Positions 48,516 to 56,227 of a stretch of DNA of 63,939 nt are shown here, piece after piece (positions within the stretch are counted from its first letter, which is position 1; each line of letters opens with the position of its first letter). The translations under genes and the position numbers were made by a program. Source of the DNA: Spirochaetia bacterium (lineage in GTDB: Bacteria; Oederibacteriota; PGYV01; Palsa-1178); the NCBI GenBank assembly GCA_021372235.1, contig JAJFUW010000061.1, positions 1 through 63,939 on the forward strand. The letters are read 5' to 3'. The notes beneath the pieces were generated by a model that searched no databases, was not told where the DNA came from, and saw only the letters and a program-made list of their open reading frames with translations.

Positions 48516-48617
48516 ACACAATATATGGTAGTCGGTGAAAATTGTCAATGGAAAAAAGATAGCATATATTGTGTCTGGTAGTGCTTAAAACCCCATATTT
48601 ACCCCATATATTGTGTT
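48516..48617. promoter_or_regulatory. Three NrdR-box-like palindromes overlapping the nrdD promoter
   Basis: ACACAATATATGGTAG (48516..48531), AGCATATATTGTGTCT (48561..48576), CCCCATATATTGTGTT (48602..48617). On the minus strand, TTGACA (48548..48543)-17 nt-TATATT (48525..48520); box 1 covers the -10 element and box 2 abuts the -35 element. Confidence 0.75.
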
Positions 48618-48845
48618 TTTGAGTCAAAAAACCCTTATTTTAAGCATATTTTGCATCTTTTGTGGTTTGTTAAAGTATTAGATTAACCAAACACTTTTAG
48701 TTTATCCGTTATTGGTGTGTTTTTACCTTATTTTTAAGGAGAAACGGCCACAGCTTGATATGAACAAGCCCTGACGTTGTGGTTTGTGATACAATTGTAG
48801 GTACGTTAGCGAGTATAAAAAAGTTGGGTTTTTTCCGCCCGGAAA

Positions 48846-48974
48846 GTAAAAATTTAGAAGTCAAAACCAAAAAGTACAAGGTAAAATTAAGGGCAACTGT
48901 TTGTACTGCCAATTGCCGTTAATTTCTCCTTTTTAATTGTACTTTTTGATTTTAACTTTTCACTTTTAACTTTC
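48846..48974. repeat. Family B AT-rich palindromic element, copy 3 (core inverted relative to copies 1-2)
   Basis: AAGTCAAAACCAAAAAGTACAAGG...GGGCAACTGTTTGTACTGCCAATTGCCGTTAA...AATTGTACTTTTTGATTTTAAC. Confidence 0.75.
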
Positions 48975-49032
48975 CAAACGCCTTCCCCTGCTGTATGATA
49001 ATCCCAACCACACGATATATAAGGAGGCTTAT

Positions 49033-49653
49033 ATGCCCGCATCCGACATGGAAAAGACTTTATCCGACTACCGGCAGTTGCTTGCCAAAATAGAGGGACG
49101 CAAAGGCGTTGCGAATCTCGCCGCTTACCTCGAAAAACACGGCCTGTTCAAAGCCCCGGCCTCAACCAAATATCACCTGTGCTTTGAGGGCGGGCTAATC
49201 ATCCACCAGGTGGGCGTCACAAAACTGGCCTGCAAACTGCGCGAACTGCTCCTGCCGGATACCTCCGAAGAGTCCGTCATACTCTGCGCGCTCTACCATG
49301 ACGCCCACAAGGTGACTGACGGATACGGCCACAGTACTTATGATAAGAACAACACAACCACGTCGGAGAAACAGCCCTATTTCTGGAACACGAGGCAGTT
49401 AAACTACTCCGGAGGCCACAAATCCGCGCTTTTGATATCAAAATTCGTGGACCTGACCCAGGACGAGGTCCAGGCGATCGCTTACCACGACGGCCCCTAT
49501 GTGCCCTCATGGGAGGATATCAAGGGAGACCCTTACCCGCTCACACTGCTGGTGCATTACGCGGATATGTGGTCGACATGGGTCGTGGAAAAGGGACGCA
49601 CGAAAAAATACGAGACAACTTTTCTGCAGGACCTAAAAGTCGAGTTGTTTTAA
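49033..49653 (+). CDS. HD-domain phosphohydrolase-like protein
   Basis: PASTKYHLCFEGGLIIH, LCALYHDAHK, IAYHDGPY (YhaM-type HD pattern with YH in place of HH). Confidence 0.7.
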   Translation: MPASDMEKTLSDYRQLLAKIEGRKGVANLAAYLEKHGLFKAPASTKYHLCFEGGLIIHQVGVTKLACKLRELLLPDTSEESVILCALYHDAHKVTDGYGHSTYDKNNTTTSEKQPYFWNTRQLNYSGGHKSALLISKFVDLTQDEVQAIAYHDGPYVPSWEDIKGDPYPLTLLVHYADMWSTWVVEKGRTKKYETTFLQDLKVELF

Positions 49654-49664
49654 AAAAGTACGCT

Positions 49665-49734
49665 AAGGACAATCACAAATCCCAAAGAAAACTAAAAAGG
49701 TGCCGTTATTTTGAATTTTGGATTAGAAACGTCC
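49665..49734. repeat. Family D inverted-repeat element, copy 2
   Basis: Left arm AGGACAATCACAAATCCCAAAGAAAA. The right arm is its imperfect complement (TTTTGAATTTTGGATTAGAAACGTCCT). Confidence 0.6.
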
Positions 49735-49746
49735 TGACATCCATTG

Positions 49747-49771
49747 GACGGTGCGGGAGTGCTGTTGTCCC
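49747..49771 (-). repeat. Family E hairpin, copy 3
   Basis: GGACGGTGC-GGGA-GTGCTGTTGTCC, nested inside a GGTGCCGTTATTTT / AAAATAACGGCAC outer stem (49699..49786). Confidence 0.6.
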
Positions 49772-49802
49772 TAAAAATAACGGCACACTTTGGAACATGC
49801 AG

Positions 49803-49855
49803 TCTGGAGCCGCTTTTTGGACCTTTGCCCATGGGCCCTGCAACCCGGGACCGTT
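49803..49855 (-). repeat. Family A stop-abutting GGNCC-rich repeat
   Basis: Minus strand: TAA-AACGGTCCCGGGTTGCAGGGCCCATGGGCAAAGGTCCAAAAAGCGGCTCCAG. Confidence 0.7.
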
Positions 49856-50587
49856 TTATTCATCCAATTCAAAAAATATATCGTTCCTCGTCGCCTTTAA
49901 CGCCTCTTCAAACCTCTTCATCTCTTCCTCAGGCACCCTTAATATCTCCCGGGGGTTGTCAAGCGCGCGGATGTAGAACTTTCCGTACGCCTCCTCCCAG
50001 TTGACGTCAAATTCCGTTATCGTCGGTTTTGTCCTGTCGAACTGCCATGTTATGAGTTCCCACGGCATTTTATCCGTTTCAAATACCCTGACCTCGCGGC
50101 CCCGGTCCTTTTTGTCATAACTGTTGTACATGAGCGTCAGCTTCTTGTCTTTTTTCTTTACCCCGTCGTGCACCATCAGGAATACTTTCGGCAGTTCGTT
50201 TGTAAATACGTCGCGCACCGTCATGTATACCTTTGGCGTGTGGACATAGGTCAGGCCTATTTCGAAAAACCCCCTGAACTTTTTATCCCCTTTTACCACG
50301 TCCACGGATATTGTCTGCCTGTAGATATCTGCCGTATCCTCAACCTTTTTTTCCGGTATCTTTACCCTGTATGGGATTATTATCTCCTTGCCTTCGATGC
50401 CGTCGATATCCGCAAAAAGCACATACCCCTGCGCGTCGCCCGTGCCGGGGTCAAAGAACACGACGGGTATCTCGTCCCTGTCCGCCCATTTTTTGGCGGT
50501 ATCAAACTGGTTTCCTTTTATGAAACCGGCATGAAGGAATACTGGTATTATAAGGAAGGCTAACATTACCAAAAACGTTTTTTTCAT
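49856..50587 (-). CDS. Secreted hypothetical protein (243 aa)
   Basis: Signal peptide MKKTFLVMLAFLIIPVFLHAG. No recognisable domain. Confidence 0.7.
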   Translation of the reverse strand: MKKTFLVMLAFLIIPVFLHAGFIKGNQFDTAKKWADRDEIPVVFFDPGTGDAQGYVLFADIDGIEGKEIIIPYRVKIPEKKVEDTADIYRQTISVDVVKGDKKFRGFFEIGLTYVHTPKVYMTVRDVFTNELPKVFLMVHDGVKKKDKKLTLMYNSYDKKDRGREVRVFETDKMPWELITWQFDRTKPTITEFDVNWEEAYGKFYIRALDNPREILRVPEEEMKRFEEALKATRNDIFFELDE

Positions 50588-50631
50588 CTTTTTGTCCTTT
50601 CCCTTTTTGTTTCCCCTCTCTTACCGGTACA

Positions 50632-50660
50632 ATTATATATTAAAGCGCGGGAGTGTTCAA
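50632..50660 (-). promoter_or_regulatory. Sigma70-type promoter (TTGAAC-17 nt-TATAAT)
   Basis: Exact 17-nt spacing, about 45 nt upstream of the 50587 start. Confidence 0.5.
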
Positions 50661-50724
50661 TATGGTATTTGACGGGGAATACGGGTTGAAAGTTTACGTT
50701 ATTATACACATGTGCGCATTCTGC

Positions 50725-50800
50725 AGAGGCGGGACCGGGTACAAGCGAGCCATACAAAACACCCGCAGAAACCGGTCTGCGTGCAGTTTGCTGCGGACCC
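50725..50800. repeat. Family G-related degenerate copy within a GC-rich intergenic island
   Basis: AGAGGCGGGACCGG is identical to the start of copy 2. A second block, CACCCGCAGAAACCGG, compares with CACCCCTGAACCGG. Confidence 0.4.
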
Positions 50801-50993
50801 GCGGCGTGTATGAAACAAGAGTTCCGGAGCCCGGCCACGCAGGGTCTGCCCTGAGGGTATTATAGGGGTATGTACAGGAAATGGGCTCAATTACAATTAA
50901 TAATTAAATCATAAAATCCGCCCTTAAAGAAAGGAACAGCCATTTGCCGTCAGAAAGTTCTATCGTATTACAGCGAGTCCTGCCGTTACAAAC

Positions 50994-51044
50994 GCAACCC
51001 GGGACCGCTGTTTGGGTCCCGGGCCCAGCACCCTGTGACCGTTC
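50994..51044 (-). repeat. Family A stop-abutting repeat (contains the perfect hairpin CCCGGGACC-N8-GGTCCCGGG)
   Basis: Minus strand: TAA-GAACGGTCACAGGGTGCTGGGCCCGGGACCCAAACAGCGGTCCCGGGTTGCG. Confidence 0.7.
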
Positions 51045-52097
51045 TTATGCCCTTCCTTCCCTCGCGAACGCCTCCCAGAACGGGTCTATCCTCGGGTGCA
51101 CCAGTTCCCTCTCTTTACCGCCCTCCACGACAGTTATGCCGTATTTTTTATCCAGAACGTCGCCCACAATCGAGGCGTCTATGCCCTTTGCCTTTAACAC
51201 TGCTATGACCTTTTCCGCCCTGTTAGGCCTGCAGGTTATCAAAAGCGTGCCTTCGCTGATAGAAGTGTACGGATCAATGGAAAACTTTTCGCAGATTGCC
51301 CTGACCTCGGGCAGGAGTATTATCTTTTCCTGTTCTATCCTCATACCGACCCCGGAAGCCTGTGCCACTTCAAAAAGTCCGCCGTATACGCCGCACTCGG
51401 TCGCGTCGTGCATGGAGGTCACGCCCCTGTCGCGCACTCCGACCGTCACGGCGGTCAGAGCGTCTTCCACAACTGACATCTTATAAAATATCCCGCCCGC
51501 CCTCTGTGAAAAATCCTTCCCGAATATCTGTTCTATCTTTTTTTCATAGGCGGCCGCAAAAAGCCCCGTGGCCTCTATAGCCGCGCCTTTTGTGACTATT
51601 ATCCTGTCGCCCACGCGCGCGTCCTTTGGCGTAACATACTTGTTCTTGTCCCCTATGGCCATGACAGTGGCGCCGCCCACCATGGGATAACCGCAGCCGT
51701 CATACTTTCCCGTGTGGCCGCTGGTGATGTCTATGCCGAGTTTGTTGCACTCTTTTGCCATGGTGCCCCACATCATGTCCAGTTCCTCTTTTTTCATGGA
51801 CAGCGGCAGGTTTAAGTCTATACACATATAGGTGGGTTTCAGGCCCGATGTGACCACGTCCGATACCAGTATGTGTATCGCGAACCACGCCGCCTTTTCC
51901 CAGCCGTAGGCCGGGACTATGAACACCGGGTCCGTTGTCGTGGCCATGACCTTGCCATGCCCTAAATCCACGATGCCTGTGTCAACGCCGTGCTGCGGCC
52001 CCACGAGCACTTTTTTGTTCCCTTTTTTGAGCGAAGGGTAAATCAGTTCGTCAAAAATCTCGGGTGATACCTTTCCGTTTGCCGGTAACTCAGCCAT
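51045..52097 (-). CDS. AIR-synthase-related (PurM/HypE/ThiL superfamily) protein of unknown specificity
   Basis: Start at MAELPANGK (GGGAGG 7 nt upstream). GVDTGIVDLGHGKVMATTTDPVF and ITSGHTGKYDG resemble HypE/PurM N- and C-domain blocks. Lacks the ThiL GDD/GGD signatures and the HypE C-terminal Cys. Confidence 0.8.
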   Translation of the reverse strand: MAELPANGKVSPEIFDELIYPSLKKGNKKVLVGPQHGVDTGIVDLGHGKVMATTTDPVFIVPAYGWEKAAWFAIHILVSDVVTSGLKPTYMCIDLNLPLSMKKEELDMMWGTMAKECNKLGIDITSGHTGKYDGCGYPMVGGATVMAIGDKNKYVTPKDARVGDRIIVTKGAAIEATGLFAAAYEKKIEQIFGKDFSQRAGGIFYKMSVVEDALTAVTVGVRDRGVTSMHDATECGVYGGLFEVAQASGVGMRIEQEKIILLPEVRAICEKFSIDPYTSISEGTLLITCRPNRAEKVIAVLKAKGIDASIVGDVLDKKYGITVVEGGKERELVHPRIDPFWEAFAREGRA

Positions 52098-52161
52098 ACA
52101 AAAACCTCCCAACTTGAATTTGAAATCTTAAATTTTAACCGCATTCCTGCCGGCCTTAAAA

Positions 52162-52198
52162 CAAAAAAACCTCCGGCCGGGACCCGGTCGAAGGTTTT
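52162..52198 (-). terminator. Intrinsic terminator acting as TPP-riboswitch expression platform
   Basis: AACCTTCGACCGG-gtc-CCGGCCGGAGGTT followed by TTTTTTT, between the aptamer and the start codon. Confidence 0.7.
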
Positions 52199-52237
52199 TA
52201 TCGCAACTTCCAAATTTCAGTTTTCAAATTTAAGTTG

Positions 52238-52362
52238 CCTTACTTCCCTTCGCCGGCATTATCCGTATCAGGTTCGTCGGGTATAATCTCAGGCGGCCGT
52301 TCTAAACCGATCCGAAAATTGAGAATCGGAAATAGGTTAATTGGCCTACCACCCCGTGGTTC
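52238..52362 (-). promoter_or_regulatory. TPP (THI-box) riboswitch aptamer
   Basis: Minus strand: ACGGGGUG...(long P3 insert)...CCUGAGAUUAUACCCGACGAACCUGAUACGGAUAAUGCCGGCGAAGGGAAG. All conserved THI-element blocks are present. Confidence 0.9.
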
Positions 52363-52442
52363 TAAAACGTATTACGAGAAAAATATTATCATAGAGCCGA
52401 CTTGGAGTCAACATTTGCCACTTGATAAATTTCACCAATAAC

Positions 52443-52467
52443 TGGCTCTTTGGCCCCTGGACCCGTT
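52443..52467 (-). repeat. Family A stop-abutting repeat
   Basis: Minus strand: TAA-AACGGGTCCAGGGGCCAAAGAGCC. Confidence 0.65.
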
Positions 52468-53151
52468 TTATTCCGGTATCGGGTTATTATTCGCGTCGAC
52501 GTATTTCTTTTCCGACACAACCTGCCCCTTTTTATTGTATTTTTTTATGGAGAGCAGTATCCCATTATCATATATGTGCTCTTCCTTCAACACCTTACCG
52601 ATGTAATATTTCACGACGCCCTCTATTGTCTCGCCGTATTTTTTGAGTGTTCCGTCAGGATCTATCACCCAGCGGGCTATCTCCCTGCCGTTCTTGTAAA
52701 AAACCTCGGTGGTGCCGGTCATTATGGAAACTATCTCCGCGAATATCTTGTCCGAGAGGAGTTTGCCGTTTTCCGCGTAGGTCTTTAAGCGTATCATCTG
52801 GTCGTTCCCGAACTTCCCCTCTTTCCACACCGAACCCGAGGGATAATAAAGCTTGTAGGGACCGTGTTTTAAGGAGTTGTAATATGACTTCTCTACCATT
52901 ATCTGGCCGTTCTCATAATATTCCTTAACGTCCCCGTCAGGGACCTCACCATAAAGTTCGTAACGTTTCAGCACGCCGTCCTTGTTTATGACCTCAATGG
53001 CGTAAACTTCCATGCCGGATTTTGTCTTGACGGCCTTGTCATCGATATAAAACGAGAGCTTGTAGGTGGTGTTTCCCTCTTTGTCAGTTCCGAGAATGGA
53101 TGTTTTCTGGACCATTTCAGCCTTTAACTTTTTTTCCTCTTTTTCAGCCAT
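52468..53151 (-). CDS. MORN-repeat-variant (YwqK-like) protein
   Basis: Repeated Y-x-N-G-x-x-x-x-E-x-x-Y units (YYENGQIMVEKSYY, KTYAENGKL, VFYKNGREI). Start at MAEKEEKK with GGAGG SD. Confidence 0.8.
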   Translation of the reverse strand: MAEKEEKKLKAEMVQKTSILGTDKEGNTTYKLSFYIDDKAVKTKSGMEVYAIEVINKDGVLKRYELYGEVPDGDVKEYYENGQIMVEKSYYNSLKHGPYKLYYPSGSVWKEGKFGNDQMIRLKTYAENGKLLSDKIFAEIVSIMTGTTEVFYKNGREIARWVIDPDGTLKKYGETIEGVVKYYIGKVLKEEHIYDNGILLSIKKYNKKGQVVSEKKYVDANNNPIPE

Positions 53152-53189
53152 GTGGAGCCTCCTCTGTTTTCCATTGTTAATCCACATCC

Positions 53190-53218
53190 ATTATATAGGA
53201 CATATAGGACGGTGTCAA
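53190..53218 (-). promoter_or_regulatory. Perfect consensus sigma70 promoter (TTGACA-17 nt-TATAAT)
   Basis: TTGACA at 53218..53213 and TATAAT at 53195..53190. About 40 nt upstream of the 53151 start. Confidence 0.6.
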
Positions 53219-53659
53219 ACGGGTAAATAGAACTGATAGGAATGATTTTGCCGCGTATGTCGTTTTCATATCCATGTTCTCGACGGCCTCTTTTGGCTGC
53301 GCGCCATGCTTTCATGAAGTTTTAATACAGCATTGAGTCTCCCAGTTTTTTTACGTTTGGCTTCCGCCTTTTCAACGTGACGAGACCGCTGCCTCATACG
53401 CCAATTTCGCCGGCGACTCCGTTTCATTTAGCCTCTGCACTTTTGGTCCTCGAGCTTCGCCCCTGTATTTTTTACCTGTTCGCAGTCCTTCATTACCCCG
53501 TTTATATCTTTTAGGATACCCGGATTTCGGCGTCCGGTTCCGGTCCGGTCTTGATGCGGGAAAATATCACCTTTTATCCGTAAATTATGCAATGTTGCCT
53601 CTATTAAGGCAATATGGAAAAGACCGGTTGGTTTTTTTGGTATTTGTGAGTTATATAAA

Positions 53660-53761
53660 GCAGGGATAGAACAGACAAAAATAGAACTCCGCCAAAAATC
53701 CCCACTGCAACTTTTACTCCGCCTTGTTCTATCTTTTGCCTTACTCCTGTCCCGTCCTTGC
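53660..53761. repeat. Family F purine-rich repeat block
   Basis: The minus strand after the stop reads TAA-GCAAGGACGGGACAGGAGTAAGGCAAAAG. AGACAAAAATAGAAC at 53673..53687. Confidence 0.55.
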
Positions 53762-54877
53762 TTACTCCCACCCCTGCTTTACGAGGTAGTTTGTTATCTT
53801 CTCTTTCCCGGCAAACTTAACCGCATAAGCATCGGCCTCTTCCTTTGTGGCGAACCTTCCGATGTATATTTTCAGGAATTTACCCTCATCCTTGGTAAAG
53901 ACATTATATTTGTCCTCCCTGAATTTGGCGATAAGTTTTGCCGCAAACACCTTGTTAGTGTAAGCGCCAATCTGTATCGTATAAAAAGTGCCGCCGGCTG
54001 ACGTATTTGCGGCTGCCTGCGTTGCCACAGCTGTGGCCGCCGGTTTCTGCGTCTTTGCCGGCACGGGGGTATTGGCGGCGGTTATGGCTGATTCCTGCCC
54101 CTGCGCCTCGCTGCTCTCCGGGAACTTGAACTTTAGGTCCGATTCCGCGTTTGCGGCTCCGTTTTGGTCCCCGTCCCTGCGGCACGCCTCGGCCAGCCTG
54201 AAATAGACGTGCGGCATGTATATGTTTTTGTCTCCGGCCTCGTACTTCTCAATCACTTCCCTGTACTTCACAGCCGCGTCTTTGTACCTGCCCGTGTCAA
54301 AGAGTGAATCCGCGTATGCCAGCGTCATCCTGTTTTTAAAAATAAAATATTTTTGTGCCGCCGTATAGGCATCATATACTTTTTCCGCTTCCTTATAGTT
54401 TTTTTCCTTCAGCGCGCACAGTATCATATAGTAATAGGCCTCCTCGACCCACACCATGCCGGAGTATTTCTGCATTATTATATTGAAATATTTCTTTGCC
54501 GCTGATGTATCGTCCGTGGCGTAATAGAGCCTGCCGAGTGAAAAAACGGCCTCGGCTTCGTATTCGGAGTCCGGGAAGTTTTTTTCAACCTCATTATAAT
54601 ATCTGACCGCGCTGTCCGTGTCCGGCGAGAGTTCGGCAAGCCTCAGCAGCACCGTCGGCCTGTACTTGCTCTCTTTGAATTTTTCATTGAAAGAGGAGAA
54701 AGCCTTACGGGCGCCCTCGTAATCCTTTTTTTCCATGGCTTCCACCGCGTCGATGTAGGAATCTTCCTCCACCATGTTGGCGTAAAAGGCGGCATAGGAT
54801 AATGACGCAAACATAATAAATGCCGCCGCAATAATTGTTTTTTTCAAATTTGCTCCTTTACCTGAAAATTTCTTCAT
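53762..54877 (-). CDS. TPR-repeat protein with C-terminal SPOR (peptidoglycan-binding) domain
   Basis: N-terminal anchor, TPR/YbgF-like repeats, C-terminal FYTIQIGAYTNKVFAAKLIAKF...FLKIYIGRFATKEEADAY. Confidence 0.8.
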   Translation of the reverse strand: MKKFSGKGANLKKTIIAAAFIMFASLSYAAFYANMVEEDSYIDAVEAMEKKDYEGARKAFSSFNEKFKESKYRPTVLLRLAELSPDTDSAVRYYNEVEKNFPDSEYEAEAVFSLGRLYYATDDTSAAKKYFNIIMQKYSGMVWVEEAYYYMILCALKEKNYKEAEKVYDAYTAAQKYFIFKNRMTLAYADSLFDTGRYKDAAVKYREVIEKYEAGDKNIYMPHVYFRLAEACRRDGDQNGAANAESDLKFKFPESSEAQGQESAITAANTPVPAKTQKPAATAVATQAAANTSAGGTFYTIQIGAYTNKVFAAKLIAKFREDKYNVFTKDEGKFLKIYIGRFATKEEADAYAVKFAGKEKITNYLVKQGWE

Positions 54878-54901
54878 AGCTTATAGTTTATTGCTCAATC
54901 T

Positions 54902-56227
54902 TTAAATGACTTCGCCTTCCAGCATTACCCTTCTCGCACCGGTTACCCTCACCCTGACCGTATCGCCGATTTTTCCGGAGCCCGCGGGTATCAAAACCGT
55001 CTTGTTCGTGTCAGTCACAGCCTCGAGCAGGCCTCTGTCCGCCCTGCCGGGCGCGCATATGATGGCATCCATCTCCCTGCCGATATTTGCCGATGCCATA
55101 TTTTCGCTTATTTTTTTCTGCAATTCAAGTATGTTATTTAGACGCTCCAGTTTCACCTTTTCGTTTACCGAATCCTCCATTTTTTCCCCTGCCGTACCCT
55201 TCCTGACCGAGTATTTGAATATGTAGGCCGCGTCAAACTTTATCTTTTCCGCCATCTGCACGGTCTGTAAAAAATCCGCATCCTCTTCCCCGGAGAAACC
55301 CACAAGGATATCGGTGGTAATGGAACACCCCGGTATGAGTTCCCTTATTTTTTCCACCCTGCCCATGAAATGGCCCGCCGTATATTTGCGGTTCATAAGT
55401 TTTAGCACCCTGTCCGAACCCGACTGGAGCGGCAGGTGGAAGTGCCTCGCGAGTTTGGGCTCTGCCGCGACGGTCTCTATGAGCTCATCGGAGAGGTCCT
55501 TTGGGTGGGAGGTCATGAACTTTATCCTCTTTATACCGTCCACTTTGACAGCTTCGCGTAAAAGTCCGGAAAAATTCACCGAATTTTTCCGGTCAAAATA
55601 TGAGTTCACGTTCTGGCCGAGCAGCATCACCTCTTTGTAGCCCATCTTGCCCATCTCTCCCAGCTCTTCCAGTATGGAATCTTTGTCCCTGGAGCGCTCG
55701 CGGCCCCTGACATACGGGACGATGCAGTACGAGCAAAAATTATCACACCCCTGCATGACCGTTGTAAAACCGCGAATTTCACCCTCTTTTTTCGGGCGAA
55801 TATTAAAAACGTCCGTCTGCTCCTCGCCCGCGTAGACCCTGCGTTTCTCTTCCTTTATTATTTCGGCTATCTTCGCGAAGTTAAAGGTGCCGACGACAGC
55901 CTTAACTCCGGGGAACCTTTTTATGATGTCGTCCTGCAGCCGCTGGGCCATGCAGCCCGCGACAATGACCTTGTGTTTTTTAGAAGCCGCCCCTATGAAC
56001 GATATGGCCCTCTCCTCGGCGTGCTGCCTCACCGAGCATGTATTGACGATGATATAATCAGCATCGTGTTCATCCTGCGTGATGGTATACCCGGCGCCGG
56101 AAAGTATACCGGCCATGCGTTCGGAGTCATATTCATTCATCTGGCAGCCAAAGGTTTTTATATATACTTTATGCACGGGCTCTCCTTTTCTCAAGTGCGG
56201 TACGATAATTCGTTGAGGTATCAACAA
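54902..56227 (-). CDS. miaB: tRNA-i6A37 methylthiotransferase
   Basis: VYIKTFGCQMNEYDSERMAG, radical-SAM CDNFCSYCIVP, C-terminal TRAM domain. The true start may be slightly downstream. Confidence 0.9.
   Translation of the reverse strand: MLIPQRIIVPHLRKGEPVHKVYIKTFGCQMNEYDSERMAGILSGAGYTITQDEHDADYIIVNTCSVRQHAEERAISFIGAASKKHKVIVAGCMAQRLQDDIIKRFPGVKAVVGTFNFAKIAEIIKEEKRRVYAGEEQTDVFNIRPKKEGEIRGFTTVMQGCDNFCSYCIVPYVRGRERSRDKDSILEELGEMGKMGYKEVMLLGQNVNSYFDRKNSVNFSGLLREAVKVDGIKRIKFMTSHPKDLSDELIETVAAEPKLARHFHLPLQSGSDRVLKLMNRKYTAGHFMGRVEKIRELIPGCSITTDILVGFSGEEDADFLQTVQMAEKIKFDAAYIFKYSVRKGTAGEKMEDSVNEKVKLERLNNILELQKKISENMASANIGREMDAIICAPGRADRGLLEAVTDTNKTVLIPAGSGKIGDTVRVRVTGARRVMLEGEVI

Noticed and set aside
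48709-48912. ORF 48709..48912 (67 aa)
   Set aside because: It runs through the family B palindromic repeat, its hydrophobic AT-codon translation is an artefact, and it has no SD.
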